From Trypanosoma brucei (taxonomy: Eukaryota): a stretch of 64,000 nucleotides of DNA. Positions within the stretch are counted from its first letter, which is position 1, and the number at the start of each line of letters is the position of its first letter. Shown here in pieces: positions 1 to 10,000 of the stretch. The translations under genes and the position numbers were made by a program. The DNA lies in assembly GCA_000002445.1 (NCBI GenBank), contig CM000208.1:2080001-2144000 (forward strand), in the 5' to 3' direction. A model generated the notes under the pieces. That model saw nothing but the letters and a program-made list of their open reading frames with translations. It made no database searches and was not told the origin of the DNA.

Positions 1-795
1 GGTCTTAAGGGCGGGGTGCCCGATGGCAGTAGTGGCGGCCCTGGAGGTGCTGGATTCCATGGCTTTTCCTCTGGTGGTGGGACGTATAACTTTTCGAATA
101 GGGACGCATTTAAAGTGTTTGAGTCTTTTTTCGGGAGCAATGATCCATTTGCTGGAGGTGACATGTTTGGTGGAGGTCCCGGACTACATCGTGTGTTTCG
201 CGGATTTGGCGGACCGCACGGCTTTATGTCGGGTTTTGGCTCTCCGGAGATGTCGCCCGCGCACGAGGTTCCGCCGCTTGAGTACACTTTTTCGTGCACG
301 CTGGAGGAGATTTACTCGGGCTGCACGAAGAAGTTCAACGTTTTGCGACCGCTGCCCACAGGGGAGGAGAAGAAGTTGTTTGAGGTGGCTGTACTTCCAG
401 GATATAAGAAGGGTACAAAGGTGCGTTTCGTTGGCGAGGGTGGCATTGTTCAGGGCTATCCGCCGAATGTCATGGCAGACTTGGTGTTTGTGCTCGATGA
501 AAAGCCGCATCCGCGGTTCAAGCGGGATGGCGCGGACGTTCTCACAACTGTCCAGATTAACTTGAAGCAAGCTTTACTGGGAACGACAATCAGTGTGCTC
601 TGCCTTGATGGGACTACTCAATCGCTTCCGTTGACTGGGGTGAGCAAAAACGGTCGAAAGCTCCGTGTAAGTGGGAAGGGACTCCCCAATCGCAAGACGA
701 AGCAAAATGGTGACATGTATGTTACCATTGAGGTGGTCATGCCTACGTCACTGAATGAGGCTACGAAGCGATTGGTTGAAAAATGTGAATTTTAG
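1..795 (+). CDS. DnaJ/Hsp40 subfamily B (Sis1/DNAJB1-like), 3' portion. The J domain and true start lie upstream of the window.
   Basis: The reading frame is open from base 1. A Gly/Phe-rich linker (GGPGGAGFHGFSSGGG...FGGGPG) is followed by the two C-terminal substrate-binding beta-domains, with blocks almost identical to DNAJB1/Sis1 (LEEIYSGCTKK, KPHPRFKRDGADV, LDGTT, GKGLPNRKT...GDMYVTIEVVMP). Stop TAG at 793-795. Confidence 0.85.
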   Translation, partial: GLKGGVPDGSSGGPGGAGFHGFSSGGGTYNFSNRDAFKVFESFFGSNDPFAGGDMFGGGPGLHRVFRGFGGPHGFMSGFGSPEMSPAHEVPPLEYTFSCTLEEIYSGCTKKFNVLRPLPTGEEKKLFEVAVLPGYKKGTKVRFVGEGGIVQGYPPNVMADLVFVLDEKPHPRFKRDGADVLTTVQINLKQALLGTTISVLCLDGTTQSLPLTGVSKNGRKLRVSGKGLPNRKTKQNGDMYVTIEVVMPTSLNEATKRLVEKCEF

Positions 796-1420
796 GATTA
801 GTACCATCTAGAGTTTCGTGTGATGAGAGAACCCACGTCAGTTTTAACTTTCCACTTATTTCTGCTCGATACATTTTGATTACCTTCGTGTATCTTGTCG
901 AGATTCGTGTACAGCTGCTGATACGAATTCCGCTAGGTAAAGGAGGAATGTAGGGGCCTTTCCACCCCACCCCTCCCTTCATCTTATCTCACACCTTCCG
1001 ATCCGTCGTTACGTGGTGCGGTTGCTTTGTTGCTACCCCCATTGTTTTGATAAACGTTATTATTATTATTATTGTTAGCAATTATTATTATTATTTGTAC
1101 TTCCTTTGCTCTCCGCCTGTGCGCGTCGATGATTGGTTGCATTCCTTTATTGCCTGGTGCTCAAAACCGCATTGTGCATGCCGCTTGTGGGGCACCACTG
1201 GAGGGCAAAAGTGGTAACGATGTATCAAATATTGGTAGTCTTCTTTCCCCTCTTCTCTTGTACTCTTGTGCTAGTGCTTATAGGGAAACTTATCTCCACT
1301 CATTTTTTTGTGGGTTGATTGTCGCATTTCCTTTTCACTCCTCTTGGCCATCTGCTTCGTGTGCGGTTTTGAGTCCACACATGCACGTTGGCCTCGCGTA
1401 CAACGGTGTGTTTGACCCTA

Positions 1421-1436
1421 TTTTTTTTTTTTTTTT
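1421..1436 (+). promoter_or_regulatory. Poly(T)16 tract, candidate polypyrimidine signal for trans-splicing and polyadenylation between the DnaJ and Rab23-like genes.
   Basis: A T16 homopolymer in the intergenic region about 160-200 nt upstream of the next + strand ATG, which is the typical kinetoplastid arrangement. Confidence 0.4.
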
Positions 1437-1593
1437 GCTTTTGAACTCTATTTTCCCTTTTTGTGTGATGTGTGATCGGCTATTTTGCAAAGTGACTGTA
1501 GGTAGCCGGACGTGTCTTCTGTTGTGAAGGGTTTCATAGTAGCTAAACACTGCTCTCGTTGCCGCTTAGCTCATATCCCTGGTACAAACTGTT

Positions 1594-2325
1594 GTGTGTG
1601 TGGCTCTGCGGAAGAGGAGAGTGTGGCTTGAGGAGTTATTAGCGATGTTGAAGAGAGGTGGGTTAAACGGAGTGAAAGTAATTGTGATTGGTGATGGGAA
1701 TGTTGGGAAATCGTCTTTGCTGCGGCGCTTCGTCACGGGCACATTTAGTAATCAGTACAATAGGACTGTCGGTGTGGAGTATATGGAGAAGAGCGTTTGC
1801 CTCCGTCAACGTAGCACGACAGTGAACCTCTTTCTTTGGGATACGGCTGGGCAAGAAACAGTTAGTTCTGTAAAGGATATCTATTACCTTGATGCCGCGG
1901 TGGCTATCCTGGTTTTCAGCACCGACAGTAGCGAGAGTTTTGCGAGAATAGAGATGTGGAAGAGGTGCGTTGAGCGTGTGTGTGGAAGCATACCAATGGT
2001 TCTGTGCCAGACAAAGTTTGATCTTGCACGGCAGGCCGCTGTAGTGGCTGAAGAGGTGGAGAAACTCGCTGTTAAGTTGCAGTTGCCTTTGTTTCGCGTC
2101 TCTACGAAGGATGGATTTAATGTCACCCAGTTGTTCGAGTACGTGGCAGCAATGTGCGTTAGCGAGGCACCGGGGGGCGAATGTGGACCGAGCGGCAAAT
2201 TAAAGAGTGAGGCGGATGGAAACGGCTCCACAGGTGCGGGGAACGCAGGGAAGTCATCGAAATCTGGTGGAGCGGGGAAGAAGTCGTCCAAAAAGTCAAA
2301 GAAGAAAAAGTGCAGTGTTATGTAG
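1594..2325 (+). CDS. RAB23: Rab23-like small GTPase. The true start is possibly the internal ATG at 1645.
   Basis: G1 GDGNVGKSS, G3 WDTAGQE, G4 TKFD, and the block ILVFSTDSSESF, which closely matches Rab23 VLVFSTTDRESF. RVSTKDGFNVTQLFEYVA resembles Rab23 YRTSVKEDLNVNEVFKYLA. The C-terminus is polybasic and ends in a single-Cys CAAX-type box (KKSKKKKCSVM), as in Rab23 (CSVP) and unlike the CC/CXC of most Rabs. Confidence 0.8.
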   Translation: MCVALRKRRVWLEELLAMLKRGGLNGVKVIVIGDGNVGKSSLLRRFVTGTFSNQYNRTVGVEYMEKSVCLRQRSTTVNLFLWDTAGQETVSSVKDIYYLDAAVAILVFSTDSSESFARIEMWKRCVERVCGSIPMVLCQTKFDLARQAAVVAEEVEKLAVKLQLPLFRVSTKDGFNVTQLFEYVAAMCVSEAPGGECGPSGKLKSEADGNGSTGAGNAGKSSKSGGAGKKSSKKSKKKKCSVM

Positions 2326-2409
2326 CCGCTGGGTAAAGGAGCTGCCCGTTATTTTCGGCTGTGCTTTTAAATTTTATCTCACATTACTCGGCGCGTGTTT
2401 GTGGAAGTA

Positions 2410-2427
2410 TACACACACACACACACA
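2410..2427. repeat. (CA)9 microsatellite
   Basis: cacacacacacacacaca in the 3' flank of the Rab23-like gene. Confidence 0.9.
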
Positions 2428-2890
2428 CGCATAGTGCATTGTTTTCCAGTGCTCGACACGCGTGCCCGTTGGTACGGTAGACATGAATCGAACGCCGGCC
2501 AGTGGGGGAGGGTGTAGTGGGGGAAAGGTTCCCGTGACCTTTTGTGTGGTGATCATATTCCCTCCCTCTTTTCATTGTACGTTATCTACAAATGTTTTTT
2601 TTTCCACGCGCTTCTCGTTTTACTATCCTCTGTGCGCGGAGACTCTTTTGTGGTTGCATGTGTGTCCCTGTCTGTGCATCTGTGGGTGCAACTCCGCTTT
2701 GCCTCTTGATGAAAATGTGTTCCAGTTTCACTTTCTTTTTTTTCTTCTTTCCCTCATGGGTCGTGAAACAACATCACCACCAAAACGAGATTAGTGCTGA
2801 GGAAGGTCAGCTTGACCAGTAGCAACGACGAAATAACTGGGAAGAAGACAGCATCATTATAAATATTAGCATTACTCGTATAGGCATTGC

Positions 2891-4756
2891 ATGCCACTTT
2901 TTAAACCATCGGAAATACCTGATAATTCGGCGACGGTCCCGCCCGTCACTGGTTGTCGAGACGGTTGTGTGGCGAGCGGCTTTGACAGCTACCCACGCGG
3001 GTTGATCGACCGATGTTCTGTTGGTGGTAGGACGAACATTTGGCCCATACATCCGGATGTACAGCAGGCAATACAGCTGGGCAAACATTTAAACATGAAG
3101 GCTGTCGTCCGTGGTATGAGAGGCACTGGAAAGTCCACAGTTGTCTCGAGGCTCTGCGGTTACGTGCCCGCTACTCGCTATACTCCATCAACAGGGATCA
3201 GCGCTGGGACGTTTTTTTATAGAAGCCGCACTTCAACCAATACTATGGTAGAGTGTGGGGGAGCAAAGGTTGAGTTATGGGATGTTGTCGACGATGCAAC
3301 ACCCTCTGGCACATCCGGCACGGTAGCGGATATGCACACCGTGGATGTTTACCGCGGCTGCCATGTCGCTCTATTTGTCATTGATAGGAGACGGAAAGAG
3401 TCGCTCGAGTACGTTGTGCGTGAAGCGCCCCACGTCCCACCAACCACATGTATCGTAATTGTAATTAACTTCCGCGATGCCCCCAGGGAGTCGCTTGTTG
3501 TGTCGGAGCGTGACGTTAGTGCCGTGTGCAAATCCCTTCGCCGGACGACAACTCCGATGGTTTTGGCGGTGTCTGGCGGTCGACCGCCTCTGGAATGTTA
3601 TTCGACGTCGGCAATATTTGTGAGCATCAGTGCGGTGACAGGTGATGGCATGGAATCCCTATGGGATGCTTTTGAGACGCCATTCCTCCTTGTTAAGGTG
3701 CTGTCGCTTGAAGGGGAGATAAATTCTTGTTTCCAGCACATTGAGCGTCATAGCACCCGGACATTAGACGAGTCAGCAAGGCGCCAGTTGCATGAGAAGG
3801 AGGAACTGCGGAGGTTGCGCAAGGAGAGAGAAATGGGTGAGGCACGCAGTGGACATAATCCCCGCAGAGGCGATTGCGCCCCGCCGACACCGCGAAGAGA
3901 AGTCCTTTCCCTCACGCACGCGACGACGCGCGGTTGCGGAGGCGTGGTGTGTGAGGAAGAGGATGTGGAGGAAAATGGGATAGCGAAGGGCTTCTTTGAT
4001 GACCTTGAAGGTGATGAGACATGTGAAGAATGCTTTGGGGACGTTGGCGGCCATATTGGTGTCCAGAGCAGCGAGGCTGCAGCGGACGACGAGGCGGAGA
4101 CGCTCAGCAGCAGCCATAATGCTAGTTGTGTCCGTCGTTTGCCATCCCCAGTTGTGGCAGCGGCCGCATCACTGTTACGGGGGGACAAAGCAGTAGCAGG
4201 GGATTCATTAACTTCTATTGGCGGTTATACTGATAGTTTCCATGCGAACATGCCCCGAACAAGCAATTTGGAGGGGAGCACGTTTGACGGTCGTGGTGGC
4301 GGTTTTAGTTTAGGGGAGGCGGCGACGTTGGACGATGGTTTCTTTAGTGTCGGGGGAGATGAAGAGGAAGAGGAGTTACGCCTGACAGATGAAGAGTCCC
4401 TTGCAGGAAACGGCAGCGATGCTGATGAGAGTCTACCACCAAGGACTCGGATACAGTTGAAGGAACCCGTGTCGGTGAATTCCCTACCGGGAGCTGAACA
4501 GTCGGCGGTGATGACATCCAGCATGAAGGCAAATATCGATGTTCTTTTACGAGAAATGCAGAGCGTATTGCTAACGTCAACCGGATCTAAACCCAAGTCA
4601 CGGCCAGAGCGCAGTAGCAGGCAAAGAAGCAACCGCGACCGCAAAAATAGGGAGTTAAGACGCCGGAGGGCGCATGGCGCCGCTGAGTGTGGGGAGAAAA
4701 AGGAGATACACTGTGACAAATACGATGATGGAACGTTTGAGGTTATACGAGATTGA
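2891..4756 (+). CDS. Divergent Rab-like GTPase-domain protein (candidate pseudo-GTPase) with a ~380-aa acidic, low-complexity C-terminal extension.
   Basis: A 621-aa ORF. The P-loop is intact (GMRGTGKST) and the effector-region pattern is Rab-like (YTPSTGISAGTFFY). G3 is degenerate (ELWDVVDD instead of WDTAGQ, so the catalytic Gln is absent), G4 is NFRD instead of NKxD, and G5 is ISAVTG. The tail is rich in D/E/S/G. Confidence 0.65.
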   Translation: MPLFKPSEIPDNSATVPPVTGCRDGCVASGFDSYPRGLIDRCSVGGRTNIWPIHPDVQQAIQLGKHLNMKAVVRGMRGTGKSTVVSRLCGYVPATRYTPSTGISAGTFFYRSRTSTNTMVECGGAKVELWDVVDDATPSGTSGTVADMHTVDVYRGCHVALFVIDRRRKESLEYVVREAPHVPPTTCIVIVINFRDAPRESLVVSERDVSAVCKSLRRTTTPMVLAVSGGRPPLECYSTSAIFVSISAVTGDGMESLWDAFETPFLLVKVLSLEGEINSCFQHIERHSTRTLDESARRQLHEKEELRRLRKEREMGEARSGHNPRRGDCAPPTPRREVLSLTHATTRGCGGVVCEEEDVEENGIAKGFFDDLEGDETCEECFGDVGGHIGVQSSEAAADDEAETLSSSHNASCVRRLPSPVVAAAASLLRGDKAVAGDSLTSIGGYTDSFHANMPRTSNLEGSTFDGRGGGFSLGEAATLDDGFFSVGGDEEEEELRLTDEESLAGNGSDADESLPPRTRIQLKEPVSVNSLPGAEQSAVMTSSMKANIDVLLREMQSVLLTSTGSKPKSRPERSSRQRSNRDRKNRELRRRRAHGAAECGEKKEIHCDKYDDGTFEVIRD

Positions 4757-5389
4757 CAGACCGTATGGCATTTAACGTTGCTGAATCCGTTACTCTGGCG
4801 ACGACTTTCTCCTTCCTTCTGCTCCCCCCGTTTCCCCCTCCTCTGAATGTTTGCTTTGTAATTATCATCAGCTAATTTTTACACTAGTTTCTTGCTGTTT
4901 CCACGAGTTTATTTATTTTTTACTCTTTTGTGTTGAATTCCGCTCCGGAGGTTGCTTCTCTGCATTTTTTTTTCCAAGGGCGAAGCAAGCAGGGGGAAAA
5001 GGCACGTGGAAAACCTAATTTTTGGTGATGTATTTCTTCATATTCCTCTCTTTTTTTTTAATTCTGCAGAATCTGTCGAAATCAAGTGCTTTCCAACGCT
5101 TATCTTTTGTTGTTGTTTTTTCGCACCGGGTGATATGTTCTTTCAACGCTGGCGCCGCTGTTGCTTCCTGAGTTCCTGCTGGTCCTCGTACCGTAAAAAA
5201 CTTTTCTTTTCACGTTGTTCAATTTTTTTGCATACCTTCCAACCGCTGCGTGAATCGAAACCAAACCAAGACAACGACTGTGAATCAGCACAAATTGATT
5301 GTCAAAAGAACGGTGCTGTTATCGTCATTCTTACTTCGTCTGGCTCTGGGGCCGCAGGTGAAGACGTGCTCCCCCCCAATCCGCCACGC

Positions 5390-5962
5390 ATGGGCCTGTT
5401 GGAGTTCCTTCTCAAGATCCGACCCTTTTCGCGCCGAACGCGTCGGATCCTGATGCTCGGCCTTGACAACGCCGGTAAGACGCGTCTTTTGAGGAGGATA
5501 TGTGAAGAGGAAGTATCCGACACTTTCCCAACGCAGGGGTTTAACATTCAAAACATCACCGCAGATGAGTTGAAATTTGTTGTGTGGGACGTTGGAGGTC
5601 AGAAGTCTCTCCGATCTTACTGGCGGCACTACTTTGACCATACTGATGCGCTCGTGTTCGTTATTGATTCTGCTGATATGGAGAGGATAGAGGAAGCAAG
5701 GACGGAGCTTCACTATATTTTAGAGGAGGAAAAGTTAGTAGGTGTGCCGCTTCTGCTGTTTGCGAACAAGCAAGACATCCCAGAAGCGGCGTCGCAGGAG
5801 GAGGTTATGTCATCACTCAACCTGCGTGACACAATTAATCGCCCATGGCACATCGAGCTCTGCTCGGCTGAGACAGGGGAGGGGTTGAGCTCCGGCTTGT
5901 CGTGGGTGGTAGACACCCTGAAAAAGAGACGCCCATCGTTAAGGCCAGACGGCCAAGTATAA
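5390..5962 (+). CDS. ARL2: ADP-ribosylation factor-like GTPase 2 (ARL2-like). The ORF nominally opens at 4952, but the upstream part is a pyrimidine-rich non-coding leader.
   Basis: Compared with human ARL2 (MGLLTILKK...LLMLGLDNAGKTT...WDVGGQKSLRSYWRNYF...NKQD...CSA), this ORF has MGLLEFLLK...ILMLGLDNAGKTR...WDVGGQKSLRSYWRHYF...FANKQD...CSAETGEGL. The N-terminal Gly2 is suitable for the Arf-family N-terminus. The in-frame ATG sits at 5390-5392. Confidence 0.88.
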   Translation: MGLLEFLLKIRPFSRRTRRILMLGLDNAGKTRLLRRICEEEVSDTFPTQGFNIQNITADELKFVVWDVGGQKSLRSYWRHYFDHTDALVFVIDSADMERIEEARTELHYILEEEKLVGVPLLLFANKQDIPEAASQEEVMSSLNLRDTINRPWHIELCSAETGEGLSSGLSWVVDTLKKRRPSLRPDGQV

Positions 5963-7044
5963 TTGGAAGCTCCACCTCTTCAGGGCTTGCTATTTTTTTA
6001 TTTTATTTTATTTTGCGTGCCTCCCTCACAACTGGCCATGGGGCGGTCTGGAGCGTGTGGATCATAGGGGAACCCCCACGAGCAATTGTCGCAACAGTAA
6101 GGCAAATCTGTGTAAAATGTTCTATTTGTTTATTCTATTTCCCCCCTATCAGCTGTTTCAAAAGGCTTCAGATTTCCTAAAGGAAACACGTTTGCCTAAT
6201 TCGCGTGTGTCGTACTTTCAACCCAGCTCTTTTCTTCCGCTGTGCGCGAGACACACGTTAGGCCCGCTCCATTTCCTACATTTTTTCCGCGTTCTCTTAC
6301 TTTGTTTCATTTAAGGCCCCAAAATGGAATATAGGATTAAAGTGCGGAACGAAATTCTGGTGAGTACGCACAACGGGCCCACGTTTGTTGGCTGTGGTTC
6401 TTTCCAGCCACTTTCTGTGCTCACATCACGTGCCGATGTGGTCTGCGGAAGCAACTCTCGCCTCAGCGCACCACAGTACAGCAATTCGGTTGGTAATTGA
6501 AGGAATTCAACTTGTGGCTGAGAAGGTGATGACAAAATGTTTTCTGCACTGTCCTCGCCGGTTTTGTTTCTGACGGGTTTGACGGCGTGTGCCGTGCTCC
6601 TCCTCCCTTTTGTGCCGATTTCGCTTGCAGGTGGTGAAGTGATTCGATGGGCGAACGCGTGGGGAGTGAATGCGGGGACACCTTGTAGATTTTTTTTTAC
6701 TTCTCTAGCTTCTTTCTACTAATGGAAGTCCGCCTAATTGGGGTTGGATACACGCCTTATGGTGTTGTTTTGATTATTATTCATAGTTGCTACTGGAGGC
6801 CGGTGGTTGCTTTAAAAAAATTTTCCTGCGGTCGGCGCAGCCAACAGTTATTCCGGTCTTAACGACTTGTTCTACACCATCACATGAGTGGAAGCTTTTC
6901 TCATGGTGTTCACGCCTCCTTTGTAGCGTTGTGAGGGAAGTTGACAAACCGGATAACCGAGTGAGGGAATACAATTGCTTACAAAGAGTATTCAATTTAT
7001 TTATGCTGTTTTTTTTTTGTATCTTTGCCTGTTGCTAATCCCAA

Positions 7045-10000
7045 GTGCCCCCTCTTTCGTCTTTGCTATGGGGCCATGCGCACCCATATATAAAGGTGGC
7101 AATCCAAATCCAGAAGTGGGCACTTCCAAGGATGCAAAGTGGTGTGGGTAACATTACAACTCCCACGTCGCCGCAACAACTTGTTGTAGAAGCTCCTGCT
7201 GAACTCCTGGAAACCTGTGGAGTGCAGTATCCTGCGGCGGCTGATGTGAATGAGGGCGAGGTTGTGGATTCCAAAGCCCTTTCTGCAGCCCCCGGGGAAC
7301 GTGACGTCTTGGGATGTGGACCCACACTGCTGTCACTTTTATACAGCACCCAAAAGAAGGACGAAGTAGGGCATCGCGCAGTAACGCCAATGTTGTGGGA
7401 GTGCAACGGAGCTCAAGAAAGATGCCACTCATCGAAACGGGACTTTACAACATGTGTGAAGGCGCGGAAGTCCCCTCCTCCGGGCTCTGCAACGGGGTCT
7501 GGAACTGGGGCCATTAGGGATGTTCTCAGACCGTATAGAGAGTCACACAGTAAACGGTTTCGTGCGAAGGTAGTGGATTGCCGCGCGGCTCTTTCAGTAG
7601 ACGACCAAATCATCACCCTCAAAAACGAGAACGCTAAATATAAGGCTCAGTTACTCACCAAAGATGTGCAGCTGAAGGAGCTTGAGGCAGCACTTCGTGC
7701 GTTTCGAGCGCCGAGGGTTCCGGTTCCCTCGGGCGTGACAGAACCTGCTGAAGTAGGGGGGTGTTATAATGGCACGGACACTGAGGTGGCGCGTCTTACC
7801 AGAGAAAATGGTGAGGTGTGGAGGCGGCTGCAGCAATCACATGCCCAGTTGGCAGTCTGGAAAAGGGATGCACGGGTTTCGAAGTTGCAGGAGTTGAAGA
7901 TGGAGTTGGCTGTTTATCAGGCCGAAGTGGCTCGCCTCGCGGCTGAGGTTCCATCTAGTGGCGGCGCTGGAGGTGCACAAAATCACCCAGCTAGGTCGAA
8001 GTTACAGAGAGAAGCGGAGACTTCACGGGCAAAGGATCTCTTTATCGCTGAGCTAAAGGAAAGAGCGTCTGAGAACGCTACAGCACTGCGAAAATGCATG
8101 GACGACGCTATGCGCACAAAAAGTACCCTTGAGCAGGTCCGGGAGGAGAATGAGTTGATATCTAAGGAGTTGTGCTTGTTCAGAAAAACGGCCTTAGCTC
8201 TGACACGGGTGCAGGAGGAACTGAGGGCCACCCAGTGTGAGCTGGCTGAGGCTCGAGAGCGGCTTCAAGCCTTCGAACAGATGATGCACACGGTGGGAGG
8301 TCCTGAGGAGGTAAAGGCTGTGGTTAAGGAACGTGATGCCCTTTTGACCCTGTTAAAGCAGCATAATGCACGCGAAGCGGCATATCACCAGGAGTTTTTC
8401 ACCCGCCAGCGCGAAATGAAGGAGTCTATGGAGCGGTGCCTTCAGGAAGCTGTTCAACAAGAACGAGCACTGGCTCAGGATAGAGAGATGCAGCTTCGAC
8501 GCTCTTGCTTGATGTGGAAAGAAAGGTGCGAGCGACTGCTTCCAGACAAGTTGTTCGAACAGGGACGTCTTATAGAGGGTGGTGGAACCGTTGTAGAAGA
8601 TGAGGAACAGCAGACCGAGTTACACCAACTACCCAAGAAAATAGTAACCCCTTTCATGGATAATTCACAGAGGCAGCGGTTGCTTACAAAGCATATTGAC
8701 GATGTTCTAATCGTCCGGCAAGTCTCGTCGACGAGCACGCCGGCCAGTTCGTCAACCACTCTCTCCCCCGTGTCGGGTCTCTCGAAATTGTCCATAACCG
8801 ACACTACCCAGAGCCAAAGTAGCTCTCATGGCATGCAAATCAGCCACCCAGGGAACGAAGACGCATCTTCGCCTGTGAAGGGAAATGTAATGTCTTCACA
8901 GAAAGGGAGCTCTGGCGACGCTCCCGTTCCACCCACAGAGAGAACCGATCCCGACGGTGGCGCCGTTAGCTATCCAGCAAGCTCCGCCGTAATATCTGCA
9001 GAGCGGACTTCACTGGTTGAGAACAGCAAGGGCGATATCGTCACGTCGATTTCAACAGAGGAGGGTGCGGTTCAACTGCCTAGAGGACTGATGACCGCTG
9101 GTGTTGATTCTAGTGATGATTCAGGCAGCGAGTTGAGCGACCTTGCTGTGGGAATAGAGGAGGGCAAAACCCCATCATTTCGACTGCATGGCAATAGCGA
9201 TGGGCAATTAATCCCTGAAGTTGTCTCCAGGATGCCCTTAACTCTGCGCACGGTGAGCAGCGATGGCGTAGCTGCAGTTCTTACAGTTGCTTCACCACCT
9301 CCAAGAGTTTCTGTGCCACCGGCACCTGTCCCACGAGAATCTGCAGGATCTATTGCTTCATCTGAGAATAAACTCTCTGATGTGAATGTTGCCGTGCCAC
9401 CTCCAAGAGTTTCTGTGCCACCGGCACCTGTCCCACGAGAATCTGCAGGATCTATTGCTTCATCTGAGAATGAGCTCTCTGATGTGAATGTTGCCGTGCC
9501 ACCTCCGAGAGTTTCTGTGCCACCGGCACCTGTCCCACGAGAATCTGCAGGATCTATTGCTTCATCTGAGAATGAGCTCTCTGATGTGAATGTTGCCGTG
9601 CCACCTCCAAGAGTTTCTGTGCCACCGGCACCTGTCCCACGAGAATCTGCAGGATCTATTGCTTCATCTGAGAATGAGCTCTCTGATGTGAATGTTGCCG
9701 TGCCACCTCCGAGAGTTTCTGTGCCACCGGCACCTGTCCCACGAGAATCTGCAGGATCTATTGCTTCATCTGAGAATAAACTCTCTGATGTGAATGTTGC
9801 CGTGCCACCTCCAAGAGTTTCTGTGCCACCGGCACCTGTCCCACGAGAATCTGCAGGATCTATTGCTTCATCTGAGAATGAGCTCTCTGATGTGAATGTT
9901 GCCGTGCCACCTCCAAGAGTTTCTGTGCCACCGGCACCTGTCCCACGAGAATCTGCAGGATCTATTGCTTCATCTGAGAATAAACTCTCTGATGTGAATG

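Noticed and set aside
2470-2505. tRNA T-loop-like string (reverse complement gcgttcgattc).
   Set aside because: The flanks do not form a T-stem or the other cloverleaf arms. There is no A/B-box spacing. It is a chance match.
4952-5389. N-terminal 146-codon extension of the ARL2 ORF.
   Set aside because: This part is pyrimidine-rich and hydrophobic nonsense (MLLCIFFSKGE...FFFNS...CCCFF) typical of a UTR or polypyrimidine tract. ARF-family proteins start MG..., which is found at 5390.
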